A stretch of DNA of 64,000 bases from Candidatus Latescibacterota bacterium (GCA_965205485.1 OZ242180.1:3552001-3616000), one strand, 5' to 3'. Shown: positions 27,542 to 38,281, counted from the stretch's first letter. Translations and numbers: made by a program. The notes: generated by a model from the letters alone, not told the origin.

Positions 27542-30455
27542 ATCGATCCAGCGGGCGGTTTCGGGTACGGATTCGGAGAGGCTGCCGCCGCAATCCGGCG
27601 AGGTCATCGATCGCGGTGCCGGGGTCGCGTTTACTTTCGATGGACGGCACTACGCCGGATACGAGGGAGATACGATTGCATCGGCCCTGGCCGCCTCAGG
27701 GGTACAGGTGTTCAGCCGGTCGTTCAAGTATCACCGGCCCAGAGGGTTGCTTTGCTGCGCGGGCCAATGTCCCAACTGTCTGGTCCAGATCGGCGACGAA
27801 CCGAACGTCCGCGCCTGTACGCGCCGCTTGGAGGCGGGCATGGCCGTACGGTCGCAGAACGCGCTGCCGTCGCTGGACCGCGATTTTCTTTCACTGACGC
27901 AGCTGGCCGCGCCGTTGATGCCGGTGGGCTTCTACTACAAGACCTTCATCCGGCCCACCGCACTCTGGCCTTCCTACGAACACGTACTCCGCCGCGCGGC
28001 GGGCCTGGGGAAAGTGGACCTTTCGTCGCGGCCCGGCGCATACGACAAGCAGTACCTGCATGCCGACGTGGTGGTGGTCGGCGGCGGACCGTCCGGAGTC
28101 GGCGCGGCCGTCGCGGCGGCGGAACAGGGCGCAAGCGTCGCGCTTTTCGAAGTCGAACCGTCTCTGGGCGGGCGCCTGCGCTTCCCGCCTTCCCAGGCCG
28201 ACCGGCTGGAGGCGTTGCTGGCGTCTGTCGCGAACCGGTCGGACGTCGCGGTTTACACGGATACGGCCGTCCTGGGATGGTACCAGGACAACTGGCTGGC
28301 GGCGGCGAAGGGTTCGCGGCTGTTCAAAATTCGCGCTAAATCCGTAGTTTTTGCAACCGGGGCCATAGAGGTTCCGCTGCTGTTCGACAATAACGACCTG
28401 CCCGGGGTGATGCTGGGCAGCGCCTCCCGCCGCCTCGTCCATCTCTACGGTGTGAAGCCGGGCACAAAAGCGCTGGTGGTAACGGCGAACGACGATGGAT
28501 GGGACGTGGCCGCGGATCTGGCGGAGGCGGACATCGAAATCGCCGCGGTCGTGGACGAACGGCGCTCGTGCTCGAGTACGACCGCCGGCGAGTTGATTTC
28601 CCGTGGCGTGCCTGCGTTTTTCCGGCATACGATTCTGGAAGCCGTCGGATCGAAACGCGTTCAGGCCGCCAGGGTCGCCCGGATCGATCCGTTGGGAGAG
28701 GCGGATCGGTCCGCGGCGCGAAAAGTGGCGTGCGACCTGATTGTCGTCAGCGTGGGATGGACGCCGGACCTGGCCCTGTTCCACATGGCAGGCGGCGAAT
28801 CGGTCTACGACGCGCAACGGTCGGAACCGCGTCCGACAAATGCGCCGGAAGGCGTATTCGTGGCCGGCCGCGCCGCGGGGGCCAACACGGCCGCATGCGC
28901 CCTGGACGAGGGGCGGATCGCCGGACGAAGCGCCGCGGCCTCCTTGGGCTTCGGGGACGCACCCAACGCGTCCGAAATGTCCGAGCTTCTGGACAGGAAG
29001 GCCGCCGAGCCGGTGCGTACGTCGTCCCGTACCATGGTGCCTGGACGGAAAAAGAGGTTTCTGTGTTACTGCGAAGACGTCACCGACGTGGATCTGCAGA
29101 CCGCAATCGTCGAGGGGTACGACAGTATCGAACTGTTGAAGCGGTACAGCACAATCTCCATGGGTCCCTGCCAGGGCAGGATGTGCTCCATGAACGCCGT
29201 GCATCTCTGCGCCCGCGCGAATGGAAAGCAGGTCCGGGAAACGGGCAGGACAACGTCACGCCCTCCGGTGGAGCCGGTAACGCTGGGCGCATTGGCAGGT
29301 CAGAACATGGAGCCCGTGCAGGTGAGTCCCGCGCACCAGTGGCACGTGGAACAGGGCGCCAGGATGATGGTGGCGGGGCACTGGATGCGACCCGAGGACT
29401 ACGGCGACCCCATTGCCGAGGTGAAGGCGGTCCGTGAACGGGTCGGGCTGATGGACGTCAGCACGCTGGGCAAGATCCAGCTGACCGGCCCGGGAGTGCC
29501 GGTATTGCTCGATCGGCTGTACGTCAACCAGTGGCGGAAGCTGGGTGTGGGCCGCGTACGGTACGGCGTGATGTGCAACGACGAAGGGGTGGTGATGGAC
29601 GACGGGGTGTGCGCCCGCATTCAGGAAAACGAGTGGTATATGAGTACCACCTCCACCGGGGCGACGGCGGTGTTCGAATGGATTCAATGGTGGGTGCAGT
29701 CGGGATGGGGCGACGGCGTACACGTTGTCAACCTCACCGATTCCTACGCTGCGTTCAACCTGGCGGGTCCCAGCTCGAGAGACGTGCTGCGGAAGCTCAC
29801 GGACCGCGACCTGAGCAACGGGAAGTTTCCCTATATGCGGGTGCGGTCGACCCGCGTCGCCGGGGTGTTGTGCCGCGTCCTCCGAATCGGGTTTACGGGG
29901 GAGCTTTCCTACGAAATCCACTGCCCGTCGTCATTCGGCCTGCACGTGTGGCAGGCGCTGATGGCGGCCGGTGAGGAATTCGGCATCGGACCGTTCGGGG
30001 TGGAGGCGCAGCGTGTGCTCCGGCTGGAGAAGGCGCATATCATCGTCGGCCAGGATACCGACGCGCTGACCGATCCCTTCTCCGCGAACATGGAATGGGC
30101 CGTGAAAATGAACAAACGGGATTTTCTGGGCAAGCCCATGTTGACCCGGATCTCGGAACGCGGGACCCGCCAGCGGCTCGTGGGATTCAAAATGGCGCGG
30201 CCGGGGATCGTGCCCGAAGAAGGTCTGCAGGCGGTGCATTCGGACCCTAGCGGAAAACAGGAGATCATCGGCTGGTTGACCTCCTCCCGGTTCAGTCCGG
30301 CGCTCGGAGAGACCGTCGGACTCTGTTGGCTGCCCGCGCACGTGGCGGCGGAAGCAGGAACGCGGTTTCAGATTCGCCGGGACGGCGAACTCGAAGACGC
30401 CTATGTTCACCACGGGCCGTTCTACGACCCCTCCGGAGAAAGGTTGCAGATGTGA
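27531..30455 (+). CDS. soxA: Sarcosine oxidase alpha subunit family / N-methylglutamate dehydrogenase large subunit
   Basis: GDTIASAL, SRSFKYHRPRG, LKRYST..MGPCQG and a C-terminal GcvT folate domain (DVSTLGK, FTGELSYE, LRLEK). Confidence 0.92.
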   Translation: MTTESIQRAVSGTDSERLPPQSGEVIDRGAGVAFTFDGRHYAGYEGDTIASALAASGVQVFSRSFKYHRPRGLLCCAGQCPNCLVQIGDEPNVRACTRRLEAGMAVRSQNALPSLDRDFLSLTQLAAPLMPVGFYYKTFIRPTALWPSYEHVLRRAAGLGKVDLSSRPGAYDKQYLHADVVVVGGGPSGVGAAVAAAEQGASVALFEVEPSLGGRLRFPPSQADRLEALLASVANRSDVAVYTDTAVLGWYQDNWLAAAKGSRLFKIRAKSVVFATGAIEVPLLFDNNDLPGVMLGSASRRLVHLYGVKPGTKALVVTANDDGWDVAADLAEADIEIAAVVDERRSCSSTTAGELISRGVPAFFRHTILEAVGSKRVQAARVARIDPLGEADRSAARKVACDLIVVSVGWTPDLALFHMAGGESVYDAQRSEPRPTNAPEGVFVAGRAAGANTAACALDEGRIAGRSAAASLGFGDAPNASEMSELLDRKAAEPVRTSSRTMVPGRKKRFLCYCEDVTDVDLQTAIVEGYDSIELLKRYSTISMGPCQGRMCSMNAVHLCARANGKQVRETGRTTSRPPVEPVTLGALAGQNMEPVQVSPAHQWHVEQGARMMVAGHWMRPEDYGDPIAEVKAVRERVGLMDVSTLGKIQLTGPGVPVLLDRLYVNQWRKLGVGRVRYGVMCNDEGVVMDDGVCARIQENEWYMSTTSTGATAVFEWIQWWVQSGWGDGVHVVNLTDSYAAFNLAGPSSRDVLRKLTDRDLSNGKFPYMRVRSTRVAGVLCRVLRIGFTGELSYEIHCPSSFGLHVWQALMAAGEEFGIGPFGVEAQRVLRLEKAHIIVGQDTDALTDPFSANMEWAVKMNKRDFLGKPMLTRISERGTRQRLVGFKMARPGIVPEEGLQAVHSDPSGKQEIIGWLTSSRFSPALGETVGLCWLPAHVAAEAGTRFQIRRDGELEDAYVHHGPFYDPSGERLQM

Positions 30456-31132
30456 GTACGTGGGCGGCGCCGGTGAAACTGTCGCCACTTCACGAGACGG
30501 CGCGGGACCTCGGGGCGCAATTCGCGGAATCTTCCGGATGGCGGATTCCGGAGGCGTATTCCGCGCCGGATGCGGAGATTTCAGCCGCCGGACGCGGCGT
30601 GGCGCTGGCCGACGAGACGGCGAACGGAAAGCTTCGGGTTGAAGGCCGGGACGCGGAAACCGTCTGGGCGTTACCGGACGTGGAAATCGGCGCCGGGGTT
30701 GCGGTCGATTCCGAATGGGTTTACCGGCTTCGCGGAGACTGTTTCTTTGTAAGTACGTCCCCGGGCCGGGATATCGCGGTCCGCAGGACGCTCGTGGACC
30801 GGGCTTCGGGCAGGTTCGTTACTGTAACGAATCTGACCCACGCGTGGTCCGAAATCCGCGTTTTGGGGCCATCCGCGCCGTCCCTGATGAGCAGGGTGTG
30901 CGGGCTGGACTTCACCGCCGCCGCATTTCCGGACGGCGCCGCGAAGCAGACCAGCGTCGCCAGGACGACGCAACTGGTCATTCGAAGGGATGCCGCTGAA
31001 TTGCCGGCCTTTTCGGTCCTCGGGGCGCGGTCTCTGGCTGCGTATCTTTGGGAGATCCTTATGGAAGCTGGAGCCGATCTGCAGATTGCGCCGGTCGGCC
31101 TGGACGCCATCCGGGCCCTGGAGTCACGGTAG
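30452..31132 (+). CDS. soxG: Sarcosine oxidase gamma subunit / GcvT-like protein
   Basis: GTG start overlaps the soxA stop. VTNLT...GP, CGLDF and RSLAAYLW motifs. Confidence 0.75.
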   Translation: MSTWAAPVKLSPLHETARDLGAQFAESSGWRIPEAYSAPDAEISAAGRGVALADETANGKLRVEGRDAETVWALPDVEIGAGVAVDSEWVYRLRGDCFFVSTSPGRDIAVRRTLVDRASGRFVTVTNLTHAWSEIRVLGPSAPSLMSRVCGLDFTAAAFPDGAAKQTSVARTTQLVIRRDAAELPAFSVLGARSLAAYLWEILMEAGADLQIAPVGLDAIRALESR

Positions 31133-31164
31133 ACAAACTCATTTGCGGAGAGGAAGGGTCGTCT

Positions 31165-32646
31165 ATGTCGAATCAGGCTGCAACGGATCTGGAAGCCTAC
31201 GTCAGGGCCGACGGCCGGGACGAGCAGGTGCGCCAGGTGCGCGAGAAGATCGACGCGCTTGGAATCACCTATATCTACTACCAGTTTATTTCGGTGACGG
31301 GCCGGGTGGTGGGCAAGGGCATTCCGGCGGACCACTGGGAACGGACCGCGGAACGCGGATTCCAGCTTGTGTACGGGGCGACCGCTAACCTGTTCATGGA
31401 CCGGTACGACAACTACATCGGTTACGGACCCGAGGCGTCGGAACTCGTGGGGATTCCCGATCCGGAGACCTTCGTTCAGCTGCCGTGGGACAAACGGCTG
31501 GCGAGGGTCTTCTGTACGCTATTCCGCAACCGGGACGAGCTGGAAAATCCCGGCGGGGTCCTCACGGCGGACTGCAGGGGCAATCTCAGGCGCATCCACG
31601 CGCAGTTCATGGAGGACCACGACGGAATGCACATGCGCCACGGCGCCGAACCGGAGATGATGTGGCTGCAGAAGGGCCCCGACGGCAAGCCCGCGGACGG
31701 TTTCAGCAAACCCTACTGCTATCACATCGATCAGTTCGAGTCCCTGCGGCCGGTGGTCATGAAGGTGATCGAATACGGTCGCGCGATGGGCCTGGACATG
31801 ATCCAGGGCGACCACGAGGACGCGCCGGGTCAGCTGGAGTTGAACTTTACGTTCGACGACGCGCTCGCCACCTGCGACCGGCTCACCACGTACCGGCAGA
31901 TATGCGCCCAGGTCGCCCGGGAGCACGATCTGATCGCGTGTTTCATGTGCAAGCCCTTCATGGGCGTTTCGGCATCGGGTTGCCACCACAATCTTTCGCT
32001 CTGGCGCGGGGGAAAGGACGTACTGAAGCCGCTGGGGAACGAATCGCTGCCCGGCATGGAGGGCGTCTTCATGCACCGGGAGGGCGGCGAGAATATGTTC
32101 GAGCCCCTTCCGGGCAGACGGGAGCCCGCCCCGACCGGTCTGCAGTGCATCGGCGGCGTGATCGAACACCTCCAGGCGCTGACCGCCATCGGATGTTCCA
32201 CGGTGAATTCGTACCGGAGGTTGTGGGAGACGGGGTTCTGGGCGCCCGTCTACTCCGACTGGGGATATCAGAACCGGACCTGCGGGCTACGGGTCTCCGG
32301 CCCCGGGCGGTTCGAATACCGTGCGGTGGACGCGATGGTGAACCCGTATCTGATGGCAGGCGCGTTACTGAAGGCCTTTGACGACGGCATTCGCCGCGAC
32401 CTGGATCCCGGAGAGCCCGAACACCGCAACATTTACGAGGCGATCGAAGAAGGCAAGGAGGTTACCAAGCTGCCGACCACGTTGGGCGATGCGCTCGATA
32501 AGCTGGAGCAGGACGAGGTGATCCGTTCGTCGCTTCCGGGCGAGATGTACGACGTCTACATGCATTACAAGCGGGACGAGTGGGAACGGTTTCTGGCAAC
32601 GGTAACCGACTGGGACCTGGAGACCTACTGGGACTGTCTGCCGTAG
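31165..32646 (+). CDS. Glutamine synthetase-like gamma-glutamylamine ligase (GmaS/GlnT-type)
   Basis: EPE, DHEDAPGQLE, SGCHHNLS, NSYRRL, QNRT, EYR and NPYL, within a glx/sox cluster. Confidence 0.85.
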   Translation: MSNQAATDLEAYVRADGRDEQVRQVREKIDALGITYIYYQFISVTGRVVGKGIPADHWERTAERGFQLVYGATANLFMDRYDNYIGYGPEASELVGIPDPETFVQLPWDKRLARVFCTLFRNRDELENPGGVLTADCRGNLRRIHAQFMEDHDGMHMRHGAEPEMMWLQKGPDGKPADGFSKPYCYHIDQFESLRPVVMKVIEYGRAMGLDMIQGDHEDAPGQLELNFTFDDALATCDRLTTYRQICAQVAREHDLIACFMCKPFMGVSASGCHHNLSLWRGGKDVLKPLGNESLPGMEGVFMHREGGENMFEPLPGRREPAPTGLQCIGGVIEHLQALTAIGCSTVNSYRRLWETGFWAPVYSDWGYQNRTCGLRVSGPGRFEYRAVDAMVNPYLMAGALLKAFDDGIRRDLDPGEPEHRNIYEAIEEGKEVTKLPTTLGDALDKLEQDEVIRSSLPGEMYDVYMHYKRDEWERFLATVTDWDLETYWDCLP

Positions 32647-32668
32647 TTGTGGCGGAAGCGAGGAGCCT

Positions 32669-33604
32669 ATGTGCGGGATCGCTGGGATTATCCACCGGAA
32701 CCGAACCGGACGAATCGGCAACGAAATGACCATGATGCTTCAGGCGATGAGGCACAGGGGTCCGGACTCCACGGGCTTTGCGCTGTACGGAGAGCCGTCG
32801 GCCGGGATCCTGGCAATGCGGTTCAAGGTGGCGGAGAAGGAGGACCTGGAGTCCGGCTTCGAGATCAGAGATCAGATCGTGCAGCGCAAGGCGGAGGTGG
32901 ATGAGCGTATCGGATCGCTTGGCGGCGAAGTACTCGCCTCGGAGCAGCCAACGGAGTACGCGTTCCTCTATCGCGTCAGATACGAGGGAGACCTGCGCCG
33001 GTTCGCGGACTTTATAGAAGACGCGGAGGGCGTCGAAATTCTCTCCATAGGCAGCGCGCTGGAACTCGTCAAGGACCTCGGCGACGCCACCGAGGTGAGC
33101 GAGCAGTACGGGATGGGCACTTTTGTGGGCACGCACGCCATCGGTCACGTTCGCATGGCCACCGAGTCCGACGTGGACATACGTTCCGCGCATCCCTACT
33201 GGGCGTATCCGTTCGGGGATATCTCGGTCGTCCACAACGGCCAGCTGACCAATTACTGGTCGATGCGTCGCGATCTGGAGCGTCGGGGGCATCGCTTCGT
33301 GTCGGATTGCGATTCGGAACTGATCGCGGTCTATATCGCGGACAGCCTGGATCGCTCGGTTTCGCTCGAGGAAGCAATGGTGAGATCCGTACGGGAACTG
33401 GACGGCGTCTTCACGTATCTGGTGGCGACAACAGACAGCCTGGGAATGGCCAAGGATACCATGGCGGCCAAGCCCATGGTGCTCTACGAAGGGGAAGAGG
33501 AAACCCTGCTCGCCTCCGAGGAAGTGGCGATCCGGACGGTACTGCCCCAGGAAATCGAAACCGTGGACCCCTACGCGGGAGAAGTGCGGGTATGGCAAAA
33601 TTAG
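32669..33604 (+). CDS. glxB: Class II glutamine amidotransferase (GlxB-like, copy 2)
   Basis: MCGIAG, HRGPDSTG, GHVRMATES, VHNGQLTNY and DSE. Confidence 0.8.
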   Translation: MCGIAGIIHRNRTGRIGNEMTMMLQAMRHRGPDSTGFALYGEPSAGILAMRFKVAEKEDLESGFEIRDQIVQRKAEVDERIGSLGGEVLASEQPTEYAFLYRVRYEGDLRRFADFIEDAEGVEILSIGSALELVKDLGDATEVSEQYGMGTFVGTHAIGHVRMATESDVDIRSAHPYWAYPFGDISVVHNGQLTNYWSMRRDLERRGHRFVSDCDSELIAVYIADSLDRSVSLEEAMVRSVRELDGVFTYLVATTDSLGMAKDTMAAKPMVLYEGEEETLLASEEVAIRTVLPQEIETVDPYAGEVRVWQN

Positions 33605-34449
33605 ACGCGGACCGCGAAAAGACGCACCGTTCCTACGCGATGGGCATGCACGACGAGCCGCTTGCGAATCGGACGAACCGGGTCTTCTTTCGTGCCGAAG
33701 AGGGTGCGGAACTGGTGTACCCGGGATCGCTGAAGGTTGATTTCGGCAGGTGCGAGGAATTCGATGCGGCGCCCATGTCGATCCGGGAAGTGAACCGAAA
33801 GATCAGGCAACTGATGGAAGCCGGCTGCGGCCACGTCGTGGTGCGGAATCCCAACGCCAAGCACTCGCTCGGTTCCGGAATTCTGAATCGGCTGAAACTG
33901 GATTTCGAAGGGTCTCTGGGGTATTTCGCCGTGGGCCTTATCGATGGGCCCAACGTGAGGATCAGGGGGCGCGTGGGCTGGTCGTGCGCGGAAAACATGA
34001 TGGCGGGCACCGTGGTTGTGGAGAAGAACGCGGGGTCCTCTTTCGGCGCCGCGTTGCGGGGCGGCGACCTGGTCTGCAAGGGAGACGTCGGGGGACGTAC
34101 CGGCATCAACATGAAGGGCGGAACCATTCTGGTGGCCGGGCGAACGGGAATGCTCTCCGGATTCATGATGCAGCGCGGGCGGATGATCGTCCTGGGAGAC
34201 GCCGACGAAAATCTCGGCGATTCGATGTACGACGGCACGATCTACGTCGGCGGGAGCATAAAATCGCTGGGTGTGGACGCCGTTCGCGCGGAATTGACGG
34301 ATCTCGAGGTCGCCTGGCTGGACCGCAAGCTGGGACTGTACGGCCTCGAGGCCCCGGACGGAGCGGGCAACCTGAAAAAAGTCGTCGCGGGCAGGCAGCT
34401 CTGGAATTACGACAACCTGGAACCGGCGGAGAAGAAGATGGTGCTATAG
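33592..34449 (+). CDS. glxC: GXGXG protein (GlxC-like, copy 2, N-terminally extended)
   Basis: GSLGYFAVG, AENMMAG, GDSMYDG and GRQLWNYD. It overlaps the glxB2 stop. Confidence 0.78.
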   Translation: MAKLDADREKTHRSYAMGMHDEPLANRTNRVFFRAEEGAELVYPGSLKVDFGRCEEFDAAPMSIREVNRKIRQLMEAGCGHVVVRNPNAKHSLGSGILNRLKLDFEGSLGYFAVGLIDGPNVRIRGRVGWSCAENMMAGTVVVEKNAGSSFGAALRGGDLVCKGDVGGRTGINMKGGTILVAGRTGMLSGFMMQRGRMIVLGDADENLGDSMYDGTIYVGGSIKSLGVDAVRAELTDLEVAWLDRKLGLYGLEAPDGAGNLKKVVAGRQLWNYDNLEPAEKKMVL

Positions 34450-34714
34450 CGAATTGTACATTCAAACCGAAACAAACATGGATGGACAGGATAGGCAGGA
34501 TAAAACCCCAAATCCAAGATGATTGTCCTCAGGTGAACTCAAAAATCGCCAGTCTGTGACGCCAAAGCACTTCTGTTCTTCTTTATAGATCGAAGGCGAT
34601 GTCGAAGAAATAATACGAATCAAGGCCAACCATGGAAGTCGAAGGGAACGACGTCGGCCCTTCGTCGGGATTGAATACATCCGGAACCAGTTCCGGATCT
34701 TCGGGAGAGAAAAG

Positions 34715-35707
34715 ATGGGCGACGTATTATCCGTGGGTATGGTGGGCGCAGGCGGTATCGCGCATTCTCACATGCGTGCGATCGCTGAGGTTGAAAACAT
34801 AAGAACGGCGGCGGTGATGGATATCTTCGCGGATCCCGCGGAGAAGGCGGCGGCGGAATACGGTGCCAGGGCGTATACCAGCCTGGATGCGATGCTGGAC
34901 GATCCGGATGTCGAAGCCGTCCACGTATGCACGCCGCACAACCTTCACGGCGCACAGGTGGTGGCCGCCGCGGAAGCCGGGAAACACGTCCTGGTGGAAA
35001 AGCCCATGGCGCTGACGCTCGACGAGTGCGACCGGATGATCGCGGCCTGCGAAAAGGCGAGTCGCGTTCTGATGGTGGGGCAGGTCATGCGTTATTACCC
35101 GGTCAGTCGAAAGGTGAAACAGCTCATCGCCGATGGCGTGATCGGCCAGGTGGGTCACCTGCTCAGGCGGCGGCTGGGGAACTTCAATCCCGCGCCCGCG
35201 CCGGGACAGGATACCCACTGGTACCTGGACCTGGAGGCCGGGGGCATCTGCGTGTTGTACTGTTTCGGACCGCACGAATACGATATCCTGCACTGGTATA
35301 TGGATTCGCCGGTTGTCAGGGTCTTCGCGCAGGGAACGGAGAGTACGGAACGCTACCGCGGGCAGAAGGACTCCTATACGGCCGTCATGAACCACGCCAA
35401 CGGCGCGGTCAGCGTGTTGTCTCAGTCCGTCGTCTGCCACTCCGGGTCGCATGACCAGTACATCATGGGAAGCCTGGGATCGATGTCGTTCACCCATGGT
35501 CGGCTGATGCTCAACGGCAGTGAGGTGGACGTGGGCGAACCGGGTAACGGGATGCAGAATCAGATTCGCGAGTTCGCCGACTGCTGCCTGGAGGGAAAGA
35601 CCCCCGACGCCAGCGGCCGGTCCGTGCGGCATACGATGGCTGTCATCGAAGCGGCCAAACAAAGCGCGGAACGGAACGAGTCTGTCCTGGTCTCGGAATT
35701 CGATTGA
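34715..35707 (+). CDS. Gfo/Idh/MocA family oxidoreductase
   Basis: VGAGGIA, CTPHNLH and GKHVLVEKPM. Confidence 0.9.
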   Translation: MGDVLSVGMVGAGGIAHSHMRAIAEVENIRTAAVMDIFADPAEKAAAEYGARAYTSLDAMLDDPDVEAVHVCTPHNLHGAQVVAAAEAGKHVLVEKPMALTLDECDRMIAACEKASRVLMVGQVMRYYPVSRKVKQLIADGVIGQVGHLLRRRLGNFNPAPAPGQDTHWYLDLEAGGICVLYCFGPHEYDILHWYMDSPVVRVFAQGTESTERYRGQKDSYTAVMNHANGAVSVLSQSVVCHSGSHDQYIMGSLGSMSFTHGRLMLNGSEVDVGEPGNGMQNQIREFADCCLEGKTPDASGRSVRHTMAVIEAAKQSAERNESVLVSEFD

Positions 35708-35750
35708 AAAACGGCTCCCGCGCCGCCCCGGGACAGGACACGGGTCTGTT

Positions 35751-37016
35751 ATGGACTTGAACACTGAGGTCCTGGACGCCGATATCGCGTTCATTCCCCG
35801 GAAACTGAAGACGCCGCTCCACCTGAGTTCCGGGCAGATTTCGGAGCTCACCGAAGCCCGTGCGGTAGTCACGGTCCGCGTGGCCGGGCGCGAAGGCAGG
35901 GGCAGGGGGTCGATTTATCTCAGCGACGTCTGGGCCTGGCCGGATGCTTCGCTGACGCATGAGTTTCGTGATCGGGCCCTGCGCGGCTTCTGTGAGGACA
36001 TTGCGCGAGGACTGTACGCGCAATGCGGCGGCGAACCCGCGCACCCGCTGACACTGGGCCTTCGGCTTCACGAGTCGGTTGCCGGTGAATCATCGCCACC
36101 GGCCCTTGCCCGCGCGATGTGCGCCAGTCCGTTCGACGCCGGGATCCACGACGCGGTCGGCATCGTGACCGGACGCTCCGCATTCCGCTTCTACGCCGGT
36201 GCCGCACAGTTCCCCGACGTGGACGGTCTCTTTCCGGGCGGCGGCGCATGCGCGGCGATTCAGCGGCTGTTTCATTCTCCCAATCCGAGCCTGCGCGCCT
36301 GGTGGGTCGTGGGAAGCGCCGACGACCTGGGCGCGGATCTCGCGCAAGTCATCAAGGATCACGGGTATCGCGGCTTCAAGCTGAAGATTCCGGCGAAGGA
36401 CAACGCCGCCGACGCGGCCAGGACCGTCGAGGTGTACCGCGCCCTTCGCGGGCACGGCGTCGACGATCCCGCGTTGACGGCGGACAGCAATGAAGCCAAT
36501 CCGGATGCGGAAAGCGTGCTTGACTATCTGCAGCGGCTCAGGGCCGAGGACAGCGAGGCCTTTCGGGCGCTGAGGTACCTGGAACAGCCCACGGGTCGGG
36601 ATATTCTGGTGCATCCACAGGACTGGCGGGCGGTCACCAGGCTCAAGCCGGTGTTTCTGGACGAGGGCCTCACCAGCCTTGAGTTGCTGCCGGAAGCGAA
36701 GCGCCAGGGTTGGAGCGGCCTGGCCCTGAAGACCTGCAAGGGTCACAGCTTCGCACTGCTGGCAGCCGCGTGGGCGCGTGAGAACGGGATGCGGCTCGCG
36801 CTTCAGGATCTGACCAATCCCGGGTTCGCGGCAATCCACGCCGCGCTGTTCGCGTCGCACGTGCCTATGATCAACGGCGTGGAAATCAACTCCCCTCAAT
36901 ATACGCCGGATGCCAACGCCGATTGGCTGCCGCGCCTGGCGGGAATTTTCGAGCCCGTGGACGGGCTACATCGGATAGACAACCCCGACGCCGTAGGGTT
37001 GGGGTCCACGCTGTAA
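35751..37016 (+). CDS. Enolase superfamily (mandelate racemase/MLE-like) protein
   Basis: FKLK, DSNE, YLEQP, DEGL, ALKTCKG and QDLTN. Confidence 0.75.
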   Translation: MDLNTEVLDADIAFIPRKLKTPLHLSSGQISELTEARAVVTVRVAGREGRGRGSIYLSDVWAWPDASLTHEFRDRALRGFCEDIARGLYAQCGGEPAHPLTLGLRLHESVAGESSPPALARAMCASPFDAGIHDAVGIVTGRSAFRFYAGAAQFPDVDGLFPGGGACAAIQRLFHSPNPSLRAWWVVGSADDLGADLAQVIKDHGYRGFKLKIPAKDNAADAARTVEVYRALRGHGVDDPALTADSNEANPDAESVLDYLQRLRAEDSEAFRALRYLEQPTGRDILVHPQDWRAVTRLKPVFLDEGLTSLELLPEAKRQGWSGLALKTCKGHSFALLAAAWARENGMRLALQDLTNPGFAAIHAALFASHVPMINGVEINSPQYTPDANADWLPRLAGIFEPVDGLHRIDNPDAVGLGSTL

Positions 37017-37073
37017 CGGTCTGGGGAAGCTTCGAGTTCGCCCGTCTAGCGGGCAAGGGTGCTCCCGGGAGGA

Positions 37074-37928
37074 ATGACGATGGATACCGAAAGTCTGGAT
37101 TACCGACTCACCAGCGAGGAGAAGTCGAAGTTCGAGCGCGACGGGTTCTTGATGATCGAAGATGCGATTCCGCCCGAGCGGGTCTCCGCGTTGAACCGCG
37201 TGGTCGACAGGGTTTACGAGACCTATCTTGCCGATAACGGTCTGGGGCCTGGCGAACGCATGAACCTGACGGACTTCGTGGGGCTCGACGATGAGTTTCT
37301 TGCCCTGCTGGACTGGCCGGTCACGTTCACCAGGGTATGGGGCATTCTCGGGTGGAATATCCAGCTTTATCACTCCCATCTGATCGTCACCCCGCCGGAT
37401 TCGCCGGAGAAACGCGCATATCGCGGACGTTTGGGCCTGCACCAGGACAGCGGGCGGTTGAATATCGAACTGGACGCCACGCCCCGGCCGCGGGTCTCCC
37501 TCAAGGTCGCCTATTTTTTGACCGATACGTCGCAGCCGGACCGCGGGAATTTTCACATCGTTCCCGGAAGCCACCTTCAAAACCGGCTGGATTTTCCGGA
37601 CGACGGCGCGTCCGACCCGCCCGAGATGACGCCCGTTCTGGCTTCGGCGGGCTCGGCGGTGTTCTTCGATCGGCGGCTCTGGCACGCGGCCGGGATAAAC
37701 CATTCGGACGTGACGCGAAAAGTGCTGTTCTACGGGTACAGTTACCGCTGGCTCAGGCCCAGAGACAATATGACCGTAGCCCATTGCATGGAGCGATGTG
37801 ATCCGGTTCAGCGGCAGTTGCTCGGTGAAAGCACCGGAGGGATGGGATATACGTCGCCCACCGACGCGGACGTGCCGCTCAAGGGCTGGATCCGGGAACA
37901 CGCCGGGGAGGAAGCCGTCGCGCCGTAG
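37074..37928 (+). CDS. Phytanoyl-CoA dioxygenase family protein
   Basis: FERDGFL, LHQD, IVPGSH and FDRRLWH. Confidence 0.88.
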   Translation: MTMDTESLDYRLTSEEKSKFERDGFLMIEDAIPPERVSALNRVVDRVYETYLADNGLGPGERMNLTDFVGLDDEFLALLDWPVTFTRVWGILGWNIQLYHSHLIVTPPDSPEKRAYRGRLGLHQDSGRLNIELDATPRPRVSLKVAYFLTDTSQPDRGNFHIVPGSHLQNRLDFPDDGASDPPEMTPVLASAGSAVFFDRRLWHAAGINHSDVTRKVLFYGYSYRWLRPRDNMTVAHCMERCDPVQRQLLGESTGGMGYTSPTDADVPLKGWIREHAGEEAVAP

Positions 37929-38281
37929 CGTACAGCGCTTGAAATCGTCCGCACCGGTGGGGGCCCGTGTTCAGTCCCGGAGGTTGCTCCAAAATCGGCA
38001 TATCGGCAGTGTCAAAAAAGCTGTCAGCTCTCAGCCATCAGCTTGAATCAAAAGCGAGCGACAGAAAACAAAAGGCGACCGACGGAACCAGCACGAGTCC
38101 GTCAGATTGATCTCTCTGAGATTCCCATCACCCGTTCGGTTGTGGGGATGGGGCTTTTCCGCGCCAGTCCGTTCAGCACGGAAGTCAGGAAATGCCTTCG
38201 TGGGCGGCAGGGCAGCGGCGCACGTTCTTACCACGGAGGGGGTTCGCGGAAAAGCAGCCCCGCGGCGTTTGAGCGGCGCCC

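Noticed and set aside
31165..32646. Housekeeping glutamine synthetase glnA
   Set aside because: The ammonium-site motifs are substituted and the context is an amine-oxidation cluster
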